DNA of 32,000 nucleotides from Dongiaceae bacterium (GTDB lineage Bacteria; Pseudomonadota; Alphaproteobacteria; Dongiales; Dongiaceae): NCBI GenBank assembly GCA_035695765.1, contig DASRRI010000103.1, positions 78,384 to 110,383 of the forward strand, read 5' to 3'. Shown piece by piece: positions 24,193 to 32,000 of this stretch (position 1 is its first letter; each line of letters starts with the position of its first letter). The notes under the pieces were generated by a model. It saw only the letters and a program-made list of their open reading frames with translations, ran no database searches and was not told where the DNA came from. The position numbers and the translations under genes were made by a program.

Positions 24193-26253
24193 CTAGTTAT
24201 TCCGCTCGCGCAACGCTACCACGGCCGCCAGCACGACCAGTCCGAATATGATGATGCGCGTCGCGTACGGCAGCGTCGTTCCGGCCAGCAAGGTCTGCAG
24301 CGCCGTCAGCAGAAGCACGCCGCCGACCATGCCGAGATAGGTGCCGCGCCCGCCGGTGATCAACGTGCCGCCGACCACCACCACGGCGATCGAGGGCAGC
24401 AGATAGTCGTCGCCCATGCCGAGGCTGGCCTGGCCCGAAAAGCCGGTCAGCATCGCGCCGACCAGAGCCGAGCAGAAGCCCGACAGCATATAGACCAGCA
24501 GGATCGTGCGGCTGACGGCGATGCCGGATAGGGCCGCAACCCGCTCGCCATTACCGAGGGCGTAGACGCGGCGACCGAACGGCGTGCGCCGATGCAGGAT
24601 GACGGCAGCGATCACGAACAGGATGATGAAGATGACGACCGGCGTCACCAGTTCCGATCTCGATGTCATGAACCAGCGCATCAGAGGCGCCGAGAAGCCG
24701 GCGGGCGTGCCTTGCGAATAAAGCAGTGCGATGCCCTGCAGGATGCCGTTCATGGCAAGGGTCATGACGATCGGGGAAATACCCAGCATGGCGATGCCGA
24801 AGCCATTGACCAAGCCGATCAGGCATCCCACCGCCAGGACCATCGGCAGAGCGTAGAGCAACGGCCCGTTGTGCCCGTTCACCGTCCCGGCAAGCAGGAT
24901 GCCGCACAAGGCGATGGTCCATGGCACCGACAGGTCGAGGCCGCCAGTCAGGATCACCGTCCCCTGCCCCAACGCCAGGATCAGCAGGAATGAGGAGAGG
25001 ACGAGAAGTGAATTGTAATATCCGCTGTTCAGCAGCGCGTGCCCGATCGCGAGCTCGGTGATCAGCACCACGATGACGAAACAGACGTAGGCAGGTGCTG
25101 CATAACGCAAGGCCTCCGCATGACGCGTGAAAAAGGATGGCAGCTGGATCGCCCGGCCCGCATTGCCGGTGCCCGGCAAAGCCAGGCGTTGCACGGGGCG
25201 GTTGCCTTGGCTCGGCAGCATGCTGTTATGGCGCGCCTTGATGCGGGCGATCAGCGCGCGCAAAGCCCGCGCCGGCTGCGACGTGCGCGTGAGAGCGCCG
25301 GCCAGTACTGCGAGGATCAAGATGCAGCCTTCGGTGATGGTCGAGTAGTAGGCCGAGACGTTGAGGACAAGCAGGATGTTGACGACGATCATCAGGATAT
25401 AGGCGCCGACGATCGATCCGACGCAGCCGCCGCGCCCGCCGCCGAGCCGCGTGCCGCCAACCACCACAGCGCCGAACACCTGCAGCAGCATCGAATTGCC
25501 AACCAAAGGATCGCCGGCTCCCGTCTGAGCCGAGATGAAGACGCCGGCGAAACCGTAGCAGCCGCCCGCCAGGATGTAGACCAGGAGCTGCACCCACGGC
25601 ACGGAGATGCCCCGGGCCCGCGCGGAGTCCATATCGCTGCCGATCGCATAGATTGCCGTGCCGAAGCGCGTGTTCTTCAGCCAGAGCCAGAGCAGGATGA
25701 GGATCGCAAGCACCACAACCGGCATGGGCAGGAAGTTCGGGATCGCGTCCTGCACCAGCGCCGAACTGAGGCCGGCAGGCACCATCCCGCCAGGCTTGTC
25801 CAGCACCAGGAGCGTGAGGCCCTGCACGATGAACATCGTCGCCAATGTGACCACGATCGGCTGCAGGCGGAAGAACGCGATGAAGAAGCCGTTGAACGCG
25901 CCCGTCGCCATGCCAACACCAACACCGAGCAGCGACCAGAGCAAAATTCCGCCCGGCGTATCCGGCATGTTGGTGGCGAGCACCACATTGACCAGCGAGA
26001 TCACCGCGCCGGCGGAGAGATCGAATCCGCCGGTGAGGATCACCAGGGTCTGCCCAGCAGCCGCAATCGCCAGGGGGGCGCCGCCGGTCGACATGAAGCT
26101 GAACTCGAAATAGCTCATCGGCCCCGGGCTCATCAGATCATTGATGAGCAGCAGCGCGATGAAGACAGCCAATGCAACCAGTAGACCGCGATAGCGGCCG
26201 AGGCCCAGGCCGCGCCGTGCGAGGGGACGAAGGCTGGCGGAGAGGCTGGTCAT
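24193..26253 (-). CDS. Fused double permease of a CUT2 (ribose-type) sugar ABC transporter
   Basis: 686 aa consisting of two RbsC/BPD_transp_2-like halves of about 320 aa each (each roughly 8-10 TM). The start overlaps the ATPase stop (ATGA). Confidence 0.88.
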   Translation of the reverse strand: MTSLSASLRPLARRGLGLGRYRGLLVALAVFIALLLINDLMSPGPMSYFEFSFMSTGGAPLAIAAAGQTLVILTGGFDLSAGAVISLVNVVLATNMPDTPGGILLWSLLGVGVGMATGAFNGFFIAFFRLQPIVVTLATMFIVQGLTLLVLDKPGGMVPAGLSSALVQDAIPNFLPMPVVVLAILILLWLWLKNTRFGTAIYAIGSDMDSARARGISVPWVQLLVYILAGGCYGFAGVFISAQTGAGDPLVGNSMLLQVFGAVVVGGTRLGGGRGGCVGSIVGAYILMIVVNILLVLNVSAYYSTITEGCILILAVLAGALTRTSQPARALRALIARIKARHNSMLPSQGNRPVQRLALPGTGNAGRAIQLPSFFTRHAEALRYAAPAYVCFVIVVLITELAIGHALLNSGYYNSLLVLSSFLLILALGQGTVILTGGLDLSVPWTIALCGILLAGTVNGHNGPLLYALPMVLAVGCLIGLVNGFGIAMLGISPIVMTLAMNGILQGIALLYSQGTPAGFSAPLMRWFMTSRSELVTPVVIFIILFVIAAVILHRRTPFGRRVYALGNGERVAALSGIAVSRTILLVYMLSGFCSALVGAMLTGFSGQASLGMGDDYLLPSIAVVVVGGTLITGGRGTYLGMVGGVLLLTALQTLLAGTTLPYATRIIIFGLVVLAAVVALRERNN

Positions 26254-27782
26254 GCAGCGCGTCCCAGGCCGTCGCCGCCGAGAGCGGCACGCACGATGTT
26301 GTCTTCGTTGAGCTGCTCGGCACCGATCTCGCGCGAGACGCGGCCCTGATAGAGCACCATCACGCGGTCCGCCAGGTGGACCAGCTCCGGAATCTCGGTC
26401 GAATAGAGCAGGATCGCGCCACCCGCTTCGACATATTGCCGCATCAGGTGATAGAGCTCGTGCTTGGTTCCGACATCGATGCCGCGGGTCGGATCATACA
26501 GCAGTAGCACGCGGCTTTGCGCCAGCAGCCATTTGGCGATGGCGATCTTCTGCTGGTTGCCGCCGGAGAAGGCGCCGGCCGTGGTCCAGAGCGCACGGTC
26601 CGCGACATCGACGCGGTGGAAGATTTCAGCGACCGCACGTTGCTCTGCCGCGGCGTCGATTAAGCCGAAGCGCGAGAAGCGGTCGATCACCGGCATGGAG
26701 GCGTTGACGGTGCCGGGCAGCTTCAGGAACAGGGCCTCGGTCTTGCGATCCTCGGGCACCAGGCTGATCCCGATATCCGCGCGCACGGCATCGGCGGGAC
26801 TGCCGATCATCACCGGCTTGCCATCCACGAAGATGCGGCCCTTGGTGATCTCCGCCATGCCGAAGCAAGCGAGGAACAGGTCAAGCTGCCCCATGCCCTG
26901 CAGGCCCGCGACGCCGAGGATCTCGCCGCGATGCAGGCTGAGGGAGGCATCAGCGAGCTTGCCGCCCGTGGCGAGGGTCTCGACGCGCAGGACCTCCAGG
27001 CCGGATTCGTGGGTCCGGGCCGGCCGCGCGGGAAATGCCTGGCCGATCGAGCGGCCGACGATCATGCGGATGACTTCCTCATCATCGAAGTCCGCGACCT
27101 TGCCGGTGGCGATGTGCTGGCCATTGCGCAGGATCGACAGCGAATCGCAGAAGCTGCGCACTTCCTTGAGGCGATGCGAGATGAAGATGATGGTGACGCC
27201 CTTGGCCTTCTCGCGTGCGATCATCTCGCCCAGCCAATCGACGTCGCGGCCGGTGAGCGATGACGTCGGCTCGTCCAGCAGCAGGATGCGCGGCTTGCGG
27301 TAGAGGGCGCGCGCGATCTCGATCTTCTGCTTGATCGCAAAGTCGAGGTTGCCGACCTCTTCCTGCAGATCGATGTTGTCCAAGCCCAGCGCGGCGAAAT
27401 GCCGGTGTACATCCTCTTCCGCCGCGCGGCGCCGGATGAGGCCGAGCGCATTGGCCGGTGCGTAAGGCAGCAGCACGGATTCGAGGACCGTTAGATCCCG
27501 CACCAGCGTCATCTCCTGGAACGCGGTCTGGATGCCACGGGCATGCGCGGCGCGCGGCGAAGCAAGTGTGATGGTCTCGCCGAAGATCCGGAAGGAGCCG
27601 GCGTCGGGTGTCACCAACCCGCTCAGCAATTTGACGATGGTGGATTTGCCGGCGCCATTTTCGCCCAGCAAGGCATGGACGCCGCCTGCAGCAACCTCGA
27701 ACGACACATCGTCGACAGCGATGGTCGCGCCGAACGCCTTGCGGACATGATCGGCTGAAATGGCGATCGCGCCTTGAGTCAC
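26250..27782 (-). CDS. CUT2 sugar ABC transporter ATP-binding protein (two fused NBDs, RbsA/MglA-like)
   Basis: NBD1 has GENGAGKST and LLLDEPTSSL. NBD2 has FSGGNQQKIAIAKWL and LLLYDPTRGID. The start is set at the GTG at 27782 (GAAGG 7 nt upstream); the TTG at 27800 is an alternative. Confidence 0.9.
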   Translation of the reverse strand: MTQGAIAISADHVRKAFGATIAVDDVSFEVAAGGVHALLGENGAGKSTIVKLLSGLVTPDAGSFRIFGETITLASPRAAHARGIQTAFQEMTLVRDLTVLESVLLPYAPANALGLIRRRAAEEDVHRHFAALGLDNIDLQEEVGNLDFAIKQKIEIARALYRKPRILLLDEPTSSLTGRDVDWLGEMIAREKAKGVTIIFISHRLKEVRSFCDSLSILRNGQHIATGKVADFDDEEVIRMIVGRSIGQAFPARPARTHESGLEVLRVETLATGGKLADASLSLHRGEILGVAGLQGMGQLDLFLACFGMAEITKGRIFVDGKPVMIGSPADAVRADIGISLVPEDRKTEALFLKLPGTVNASMPVIDRFSRFGLIDAAAEQRAVAEIFHRVDVADRALWTTAGAFSGGNQQKIAIAKWLLAQSRVLLLYDPTRGIDVGTKHELYHLMRQYVEAGGAILLYSTEIPELVHLADRVMVLYQGRVSREIGAEQLNEDNIVRAALGGDGLGRAA

Positions 27783-27806
27783 GTCAATACCTTCACACAA
27801 GAAAGG

Positions 27807-27830
27807 CCGGGCGGCGTTGCCACCGCCCGG
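27807..27830 (-). terminator. Intercistronic stem-loop between the binding-protein and ATPase genes (partial terminator/mRNA stabiliser)
   Basis: Perfect 8-bp GC stem CCGGGCGG/CCGCCCGG with an 8-nt loop. On the transcribed strand it is followed by CCTTTCTTGTGT. Confidence 0.5.
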
Positions 27831-27846
27831 TCAGTCGACAGGCCGA

Positions 27847-28977
27847 TTATTCCTCGGGCTGGCCGACCAGCGCAGCCTGGAAGCCAATTTCCGGAGTTTG
27901 CTCCGAGAAGATGGAGGCAAACCAGCCCGGATTCGGAACCAAGGCCGGCGGGAACGCATTACAGCCGGCCTTCATCTCCTGCCACGAACCCGTCTCGCAA
28001 TACTTGATCGTCTCGTTGGTGACGATGGGCAGCGGCAGGGTCACGCGCTTCGGCACGTCCTTGCCTTCCAGCTTCTGCACCGCGAGCTTCAGCGCCAGGC
28101 CGCCGGAGTAAGGCGGCGAGGCATAGGAAATGCGCGGCGCGCCCAGCGGTGCGTAAGGCGAGTCCCCGCCTTCGACCTTGGTGCCGATGGGCAGCATCTG
28201 GATGCGGCCACCGTTGGAGCCTTCGCCCGCGCAGGGGAGCAGCTCTTCGGGCTTCTTGCCGGCTTCGAGCTCCATCGAATTCGCGGTGAAGCAGCCGACC
28301 TGCATCCAGAGGCCGTCGATATCATCCCAATTGTGGGTCGCGAGGATCTTGGACAGCTCGGTGCGCGCGGTCGCCTGGCTCCACATGCCGACCGCTTCGG
28401 CGACGATCTTGATGCCGGGATTCTTCTCGAACACTTCCTTCGCCGCCTTGGTGCGGAGGGTATCGACCGAGGTGCCGGGCACGCCAGTGATGGCGATGAT
28501 GTTGCCCTTGCCGTTCAGCTTCTTCACCAGCCATTCGGCAGTGACGCGGCCGGCCTCTTCCTGGTCGATCGAGATGTTGTAAGCGCAGGGCTCGGTGATC
28601 TCCGCATCATAGGCGAAGACCAGAACGCCTTTGTTGCAGGCGTTCTTGACGGCCGCGTTGAGCGCGGTCGGCGAGATCGGGAAGATCACGATTGCCTGCG
28701 CGCCGGCCTGCACCATGGCGTTGATCTGCTGGATCTGACGCTGGGCGTTGGGGCCGGCGACCTGCACCTGCAGGTCGACCTTGTCGGCCATGGATTTGTG
28801 CGAGGCCATGGCCTTGACCATGTTGGCGGCTTCGGCCTGCCAGTCATTCCCGATGAAGCTCATCGACAGGAAGATCTTGAACTTGTCGGCGGCATTGGCG
28901 GCGCTGCTCGCCATGAAGACGCTCGCGCCGAGCGCAAAGGCTGTTGCAAGCCTCCGCGCACCTCTCATGGGTGTCAT
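27847..28977 (-). CDS. Periplasmic sugar-binding protein (PBP type I) of the CUT2 ABC transporter
   Basis: Signal peptide MTPMRGARRLATAFALGASVFMASSAANA followed by a RbsB-like fold (FIGNDWQ, AIVIFPISPTA). GGGAGAGAA SD upstream of the ATG at 28977. Confidence 0.88.
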   Translation of the reverse strand: MTPMRGARRLATAFALGASVFMASSAANAADKFKIFLSMSFIGNDWQAEAANMVKAMASHKSMADKVDLQVQVAGPNAQRQIQQINAMVQAGAQAIVIFPISPTALNAAVKNACNKGVLVFAYDAEITEPCAYNISIDQEEAGRVTAEWLVKKLNGKGNIIAITGVPGTSVDTLRTKAAKEVFEKNPGIKIVAEAVGMWSQATARTELSKILATHNWDDIDGLWMQVGCFTANSMELEAGKKPEELLPCAGEGSNGGRIQMLPIGTKVEGGDSPYAPLGAPRISYASPPYSGGLALKLAVQKLEGKDVPKRVTLPLPIVTNETIKYCETGSWQEMKAGCNAFPPALVPNPGWFASIFSEQTPEIGFQAALVGQPEE

Positions 28978-29013
28978 CGTTTCTCTCCCAAACTTGCGAC
29001 CGCCTTTATCTGG

Positions 29014-29035
29014 ATCCCCGGAGATATCCCCGGAG
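29014..29035. promoter_or_regulatory. Perfect 10-bp direct repeat ATCCCCGGAG x2 (12-bp period) in the transporter operon leader/promoter
   Basis: Copies lie at 29014-29023 and 29026-29035, 37-58 bp upstream of the binding-protein ATG. Each contains a CCGG core. Confidence 0.4.
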
Positions 29036-29082
29036 CCCAAGCGCCTGATCCACGGCCACAACAGATCGGACGCCGAATATTT

Positions 29083-29118
29083 TTGATCATTTGATCATAA
29101 ATCATATATCATAGTCAT
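29083..29118. promoter_or_regulatory. AT-rich operator/promoter block with TTGATCAT x2 and phased TCAT repeats in the divergent GntR/transporter intergenic region
   Basis: TTGATCATTTGATCATAAATCATATATCATAGTCAT contains two TGATCA palindromes and five TCAT motifs at 6-8-bp spacing. It is the only strongly AT-rich stretch in this GC-rich window. Confidence 0.45.
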
Positions 29119-29177
29119 CGCAAGGCGAAATCGGATACTTGACGCGCGTAGCCCACACCGATAGCCGCTGGGGTGAC

Positions 29178-29876
29178 ATGACATTGACGAGTCCCACGAG
29201 CCGGCCCCGAAGGCGGACCAGCACCCTGCCGCAGATGCAGGTGTCGCGCGTGACGCTGCCTGACGAAATCTATCGCCGGCTCAAGGCCATGATCCTGGAT
29301 GGCGGACTCATTCCGGGAGAGCTGGTGACGATCCAGGGCCTCGCGAGCGCCTTTGGGGTCAGCGCCATGCCGGTGCGCGAAGCGTTGCAGCGGCTGACCG
29401 GTGAGCGGGCCCTCACCATCATCTCCGGCCGATCGGTGGGGATTCCACAGTTGGAAGCCCGCCGCCTGCGCGATCTCACCCGCGTGCGGATCGAGATCGA
29501 GAGCATTGCTGCGGAATGGGCAACGCCCAACGTCTCGGAACCGGACCGCGCCAAGCTGCAAGGGCTTGTCGATGTGATGGCGAAGGCGGCGCAGGATGGT
29601 GATACGCGCGCGTATGTGCGCGGCAATCACGATTTTCATTTCACAGTCTATGCCGCGGCGGGTTCCGAATCCTTGCTATCGACCATCGAGGGGCTGTGGC
29701 TGCAGGTCAGCCCCTATTTCCATCTGCTGCATAGCTCCGGCAACTATGTCGCCGCCAACGAAGAGCATCGCATGATCCTGCAGGCGATCCGCGCCGGCGA
29801 CGCAAAGGCCTGCGCTGCCCATCTCCGGAGAGACATCGCCTCCGCCACCGACGTGCTTTTGAAGCTGCTCGAGTAG
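29178..29876 (+). CDS. GntR-family transcriptional regulator (FadR/FCD subfamily)
   Basis: wHTH segment LPDEIYRRLKAMILDGGLIPGELVTIQGLASAFGVSAMPVREALQRL followed by an all-helical FCD-like domain (HDFHFTVYAAAGS). The start is uncertain: TTG 29139, ATG 29178 or ATG 29235. Confidence 0.85.
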   Translation: MTLTSPTSRPRRRTSTLPQMQVSRVTLPDEIYRRLKAMILDGGLIPGELVTIQGLASAFGVSAMPVREALQRLTGERALTIISGRSVGIPQLEARRLRDLTRVRIEIESIAAEWATPNVSEPDRAKLQGLVDVMAKAAQDGDTRAYVRGNHDFHFTVYAAAGSESLLSTIEGLWLQVSPYFHLLHSSGNYVAANEEHRMILQAIRAGDAKACAAHLRRDIASATDVLLKLLE

Positions 29877-29882
29877 TTCAGC

Positions 29883-30143
29883 TTAATTGGGCGAGCGCCG
29901 CCGGTGATACACTTGGCGACCCAGGATGACGGCGATGGCGATGGCGCCGACCCAAAGCATGTCCAGCAGGATGAAGGCGCAGCTCTCGACATATTCGCCG
30001 CTGAGATAGGTTGCCAGGGCACCGAACAGGATCGTCATCACCATCCAAGCGGCAACGCGAAGCGTGCGCCGCGACATTGATGAACAGATGACACCGGTCA
30101 GAATGCCGGCAAGCATCGGAAATACTTCTGAAATAGCATCCAT
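29883..30143 (-). CDS. Small hypothetical membrane protein (about 3 TM, 86 aa)
   Basis: ATG preceded by GAGGGGGGTGAG. There are three hydrophobic segments and a basic C-terminus (YHRRRSPN). I recognise no family. Confidence 0.45.
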   Translation of the reverse strand: MDAISEVFPMLAGILTGVICSSMSRRTLRVAAWMVMTILFGALATYLSGEYVESCAFILLDMLWVGAIAIAVILGRQVYHRRRSPN

Positions 30144-30326
30144 AACTCACCCCCCTCTGAGCGCCACCATAGAAATGGCGCGCGCCTTAGACGGCACGAT
30201 CAGCGTTCACGCACGACGAACCGGCATCACGGCAAGCAGAATGATTCTGATGCAGACACGCGATCGTATGTGCATTCCGCCGGATATTCAACCCAACGCA
30301 AGCACCCGAGAGATTGCTGCCACCGA

Positions 30327-32000
30327 TCATGTCCTGAGGCGTGTTCCTTTCGGATCATAGGCCGGTTCGGCGAGGATCGTCGCCTCCAGAGGCTCGCCGA
30401 TCACGTCCACGGTCAGCTTGGCCCAGGACCCGACCAGCTCCTTGTCGACATAAGCGAGGGCAAGGCTCTGCCCCACATGATGCCCATAGGCGCCGGACGT
30501 GACGAAGCCGACCAGCTTTCCCTCGTGCTTCACCGGCTCGAATCCGGAGGCATCCGCATCCACCGTGCCGATGCTGAGCGTCACAAGGACACGATCGACA
30601 CCCTCCTCGCGCTCGCGCAGGGCCGCGTCTCGGCCGATGAAATCGCCCTTGTCCAAGGCTACATGCTGGCGGAGGTTCGACATCTCAGGCGAGTAAGATT
30701 GCGTGAATTCGGTCGACCAGATGCCATAGCTCTTTTCCAGGCGCAGGGAATCGAGCGCCCGGTTGCCGATCGACTTCAGGCCCAGATCGGCGCCGGCTGC
30801 GCGCAGCGCGCCATAGATCGCCCGCTGATATGCCACAGGCACGTTGATCTCGTAGCCAAGCTCTCCTGTCAAAGACAGACGCGCCACCATGGCTGGGGCC
30901 ATGCCCACCTCCATCTCCGCGCAAGCGAGGAAGGGGAACGCCGTGTTGGTGAGATCGGTTGGGGCTAGGCGCGACACCAGCTGGCGCGACTTCGGACCGG
31001 AGATGGCGAACCCCATCCAGTCGTCGGAAAGATTGCGGATTGTGACGCCGCCTGCCGGCAGATGGTCCATGAACCAACGCATGTGCCAGGTCTGGAGATA
31101 ATAGGAGCCGATGAGCCAGAAGCGGTCCTCCGCCAGGCGGCTGACGGTCAGGTCACCCATCAGCTTGCCCGAAGGACTCAACATCGGCGCGAGGCGCACG
31201 CGGCCGACCTTCGGCAGCTTGGCCGCGAGCAGATAATCGAGCCACACCGCCGCCCGCGGGCCGGTCACCTCATAGCGCGCATAGACCGCGCTTTCAAACA
31301 TGCCGACGGCCTCGCGCGTCGCCTTCACTTCCGCCGCGACGAAGGGATGCGCCTTGGAGCGACGCAGCGTCGGCTTTTCGACGAAGCCCGGCTGATTGGG
31401 TACGAAATATTGTGGCGTCTCCATACCCCAAGTGCAGCCGTAAACGGCGCCCTCCGCCTTCAAGGCATCGTAACAGGGTGACACCTTCAGCGGCCTTCCG
31501 GCAGGCAGCTCCTCATTGGGATAGGAGATCACGAAACGACGGGCATAGAACTGCCCGGTCATCGCCTTGAGGTAGGAATCGTTCGCGGCGAAGCTGCCAT
31601 AGCGCGCGACATCCATGCCGAAGATGTCGGCACCGGGATCGCCTTCGATCATCCAGTTGGCGAGCGTGAGGCCGATGGCGCCGCCTTGCGAGAACCCGCC
31701 CATGCAGCCGCAAGCGACCCAGTAGTTCCTGAGGCCGGGAACCGGGCCGACCAGCGGATTGCCGTCCGGAGTGAAGGTGAAGGCGCCGTTGACCCATTTG
31801 CGGATCCCAACATTCTGCAAGGCTGGGAACCGCTCGAACCCGATCGCCAGCTCCGGCGAGATGCGGTCGATGTCGGGCGGCAATAGATCCATGCCGAAAT
31901 CCCAGTCGGCGCCTTCCGTCTTCCAGTGGCGCGGATCGCGCTCATAGACGCCGAGCAGCACACCCTTGCGCTCCTGCTGCAGATAGGTGAAGCCTTCGAG
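30327..32000 (-). CDS. Dimethylglycine/sarcosine dehydrogenase-like FAD oxidoreductase with C-terminal GcvT folate-binding domain, 5' end outside window
   Basis: The frame is open to the window edge (LEGFTYLQQERKGVLLGVYERDPRHWK...). The GcvT-type C-terminal half is present (ISGPKSRQLV, LSLTGELGYEINVP, GKLVGFVTSGAYGHHVGQSLALAYV). Confidence 0.85.
   Translation of the reverse strand, partial: LEGFTYLQQERKGVLLGVYERDPRHWKTEGADWDFGMDLLPPDIDRISPELAIGFERFPALQNVGIRKWVNGAFTFTPDGNPLVGPVPGLRNYWVACGCMGGFSQGGAIGLTLANWMIEGDPGADIFGMDVARYGSFAANDSYLKAMTGQFYARRFVISYPNEELPAGRPLKVSPCYDALKAEGAVYGCTWGMETPQYFVPNQPGFVEKPTLRRSKAHPFVAAEVKATREAVGMFESAVYARYEVTGPRAAVWLDYLLAAKLPKVGRVRLAPMLSPSGKLMGDLTVSRLAEDRFWLIGSYYLQTWHMRWFMDHLPAGGVTIRNLSDDWMGFAISGPKSRQLVSRLAPTDLTNTAFPFLACAEMEVGMAPAMVARLSLTGELGYEINVPVAYQRAIYGALRAAGADLGLKSIGNRALDSLRLEKSYGIWSTEFTQSYSPEMSNLRQHVALDKGDFIGRDAALREREEGVDRVLVTLSIGTVDADASGFEPVKHEGKLVGFVTSGAYGHHVGQSLALAYVDKELVGSWAKLTVDVIGEPLEATILAEPAYDPKGTRLRT

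Noticed and set aside
21477-32000. Interpreting dehydrogenase + BKACE + dimethylglycine-dehydrogenase-like gene as a carnitine-to-glycine-betaine catabolic locus
   Set aside because: The dehydrogenase motifs look closer to lambda-crystallin/L-gulonate 3-dehydrogenase. The transporter is a ribose-type CUT2 system rather than a betaine/carnitine-binding type, and two lactonases are co-transcribed. The DMGDH-like gene is separated by a convergent GntR gene. The idea is not excluded, and phylogeny would decide.
1-32000. Search for tRNA/rRNA genes, CRISPR arrays, IS elements, integrases and prophage remnants
   Set aside because: No cloverleaf-like sequences appear in the few intergenic gaps. There are no short, regularly spaced identical repeats with unique spacers, and no transposase- or integrase-like ORFs. 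The only tandem repeat is the in-frame protein repeat at 15351-16082.

Overview
High-GC (about 63-65%) chromosomal segment with Rhizobiales/Bradyrhizobium-like gene content. It is almost fully coding. I found no rRNA, tRNA, CRISPR array, transposase or integrase. From left to right the window holds: (1) the end of a CUT1 sugar ABC permease pair, converging on a BtpA/SgcQ - M42 peptidase - FGGY kinase operon. (2) A minus-strand sulfonate-sulfur operon, LysR - OYE flavoprotein - ssuD - ssuA - ssuC - ssuB - DUF442-like protein. (3) A 7.7 kb stretch with no common metabolic theme: a PPP-family metallophosphatase, a Gfo/Idh/MocA oxidoreductase, a 724-aa leaderless papain-fold cysteine peptidase, and a convergent 1070-aa MalT-like STAND ATPase. 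The peptidase is fused to an unassigned middle domain and five tandem 51-aa WQARHG repeats. The STAND ATPase has an OmpR-type winged helix plus BTAD (SARP-like) output at its C-terminus. (4) A tightly packed eight-gene minus-strand operon: CUT2 ABC transporter, SDR, L-gulonate-3-dehydrogenase-like enzyme, BKACE beta-keto-acid cleavage enzyme and two tandem SMP-30 lactonases. It has a divergent GntR regulator and a repeat-rich control region. (5) A small membrane protein and the 3' part of a dimethylglycine/sarcosine-dehydrogenase-like gene. The best candidate for something undescribed is the repeat-bearing cysteine peptidase together with the STAND-SARP regulator and an 11-bp-phased direct repeat upstream of the peptidase gene. 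The lactonase/3-dehydrogenase/BKACE operon is the second candidate, as a possible uncharacterised catabolic route. All family assignments come from motif recognition by eye, with no database search.
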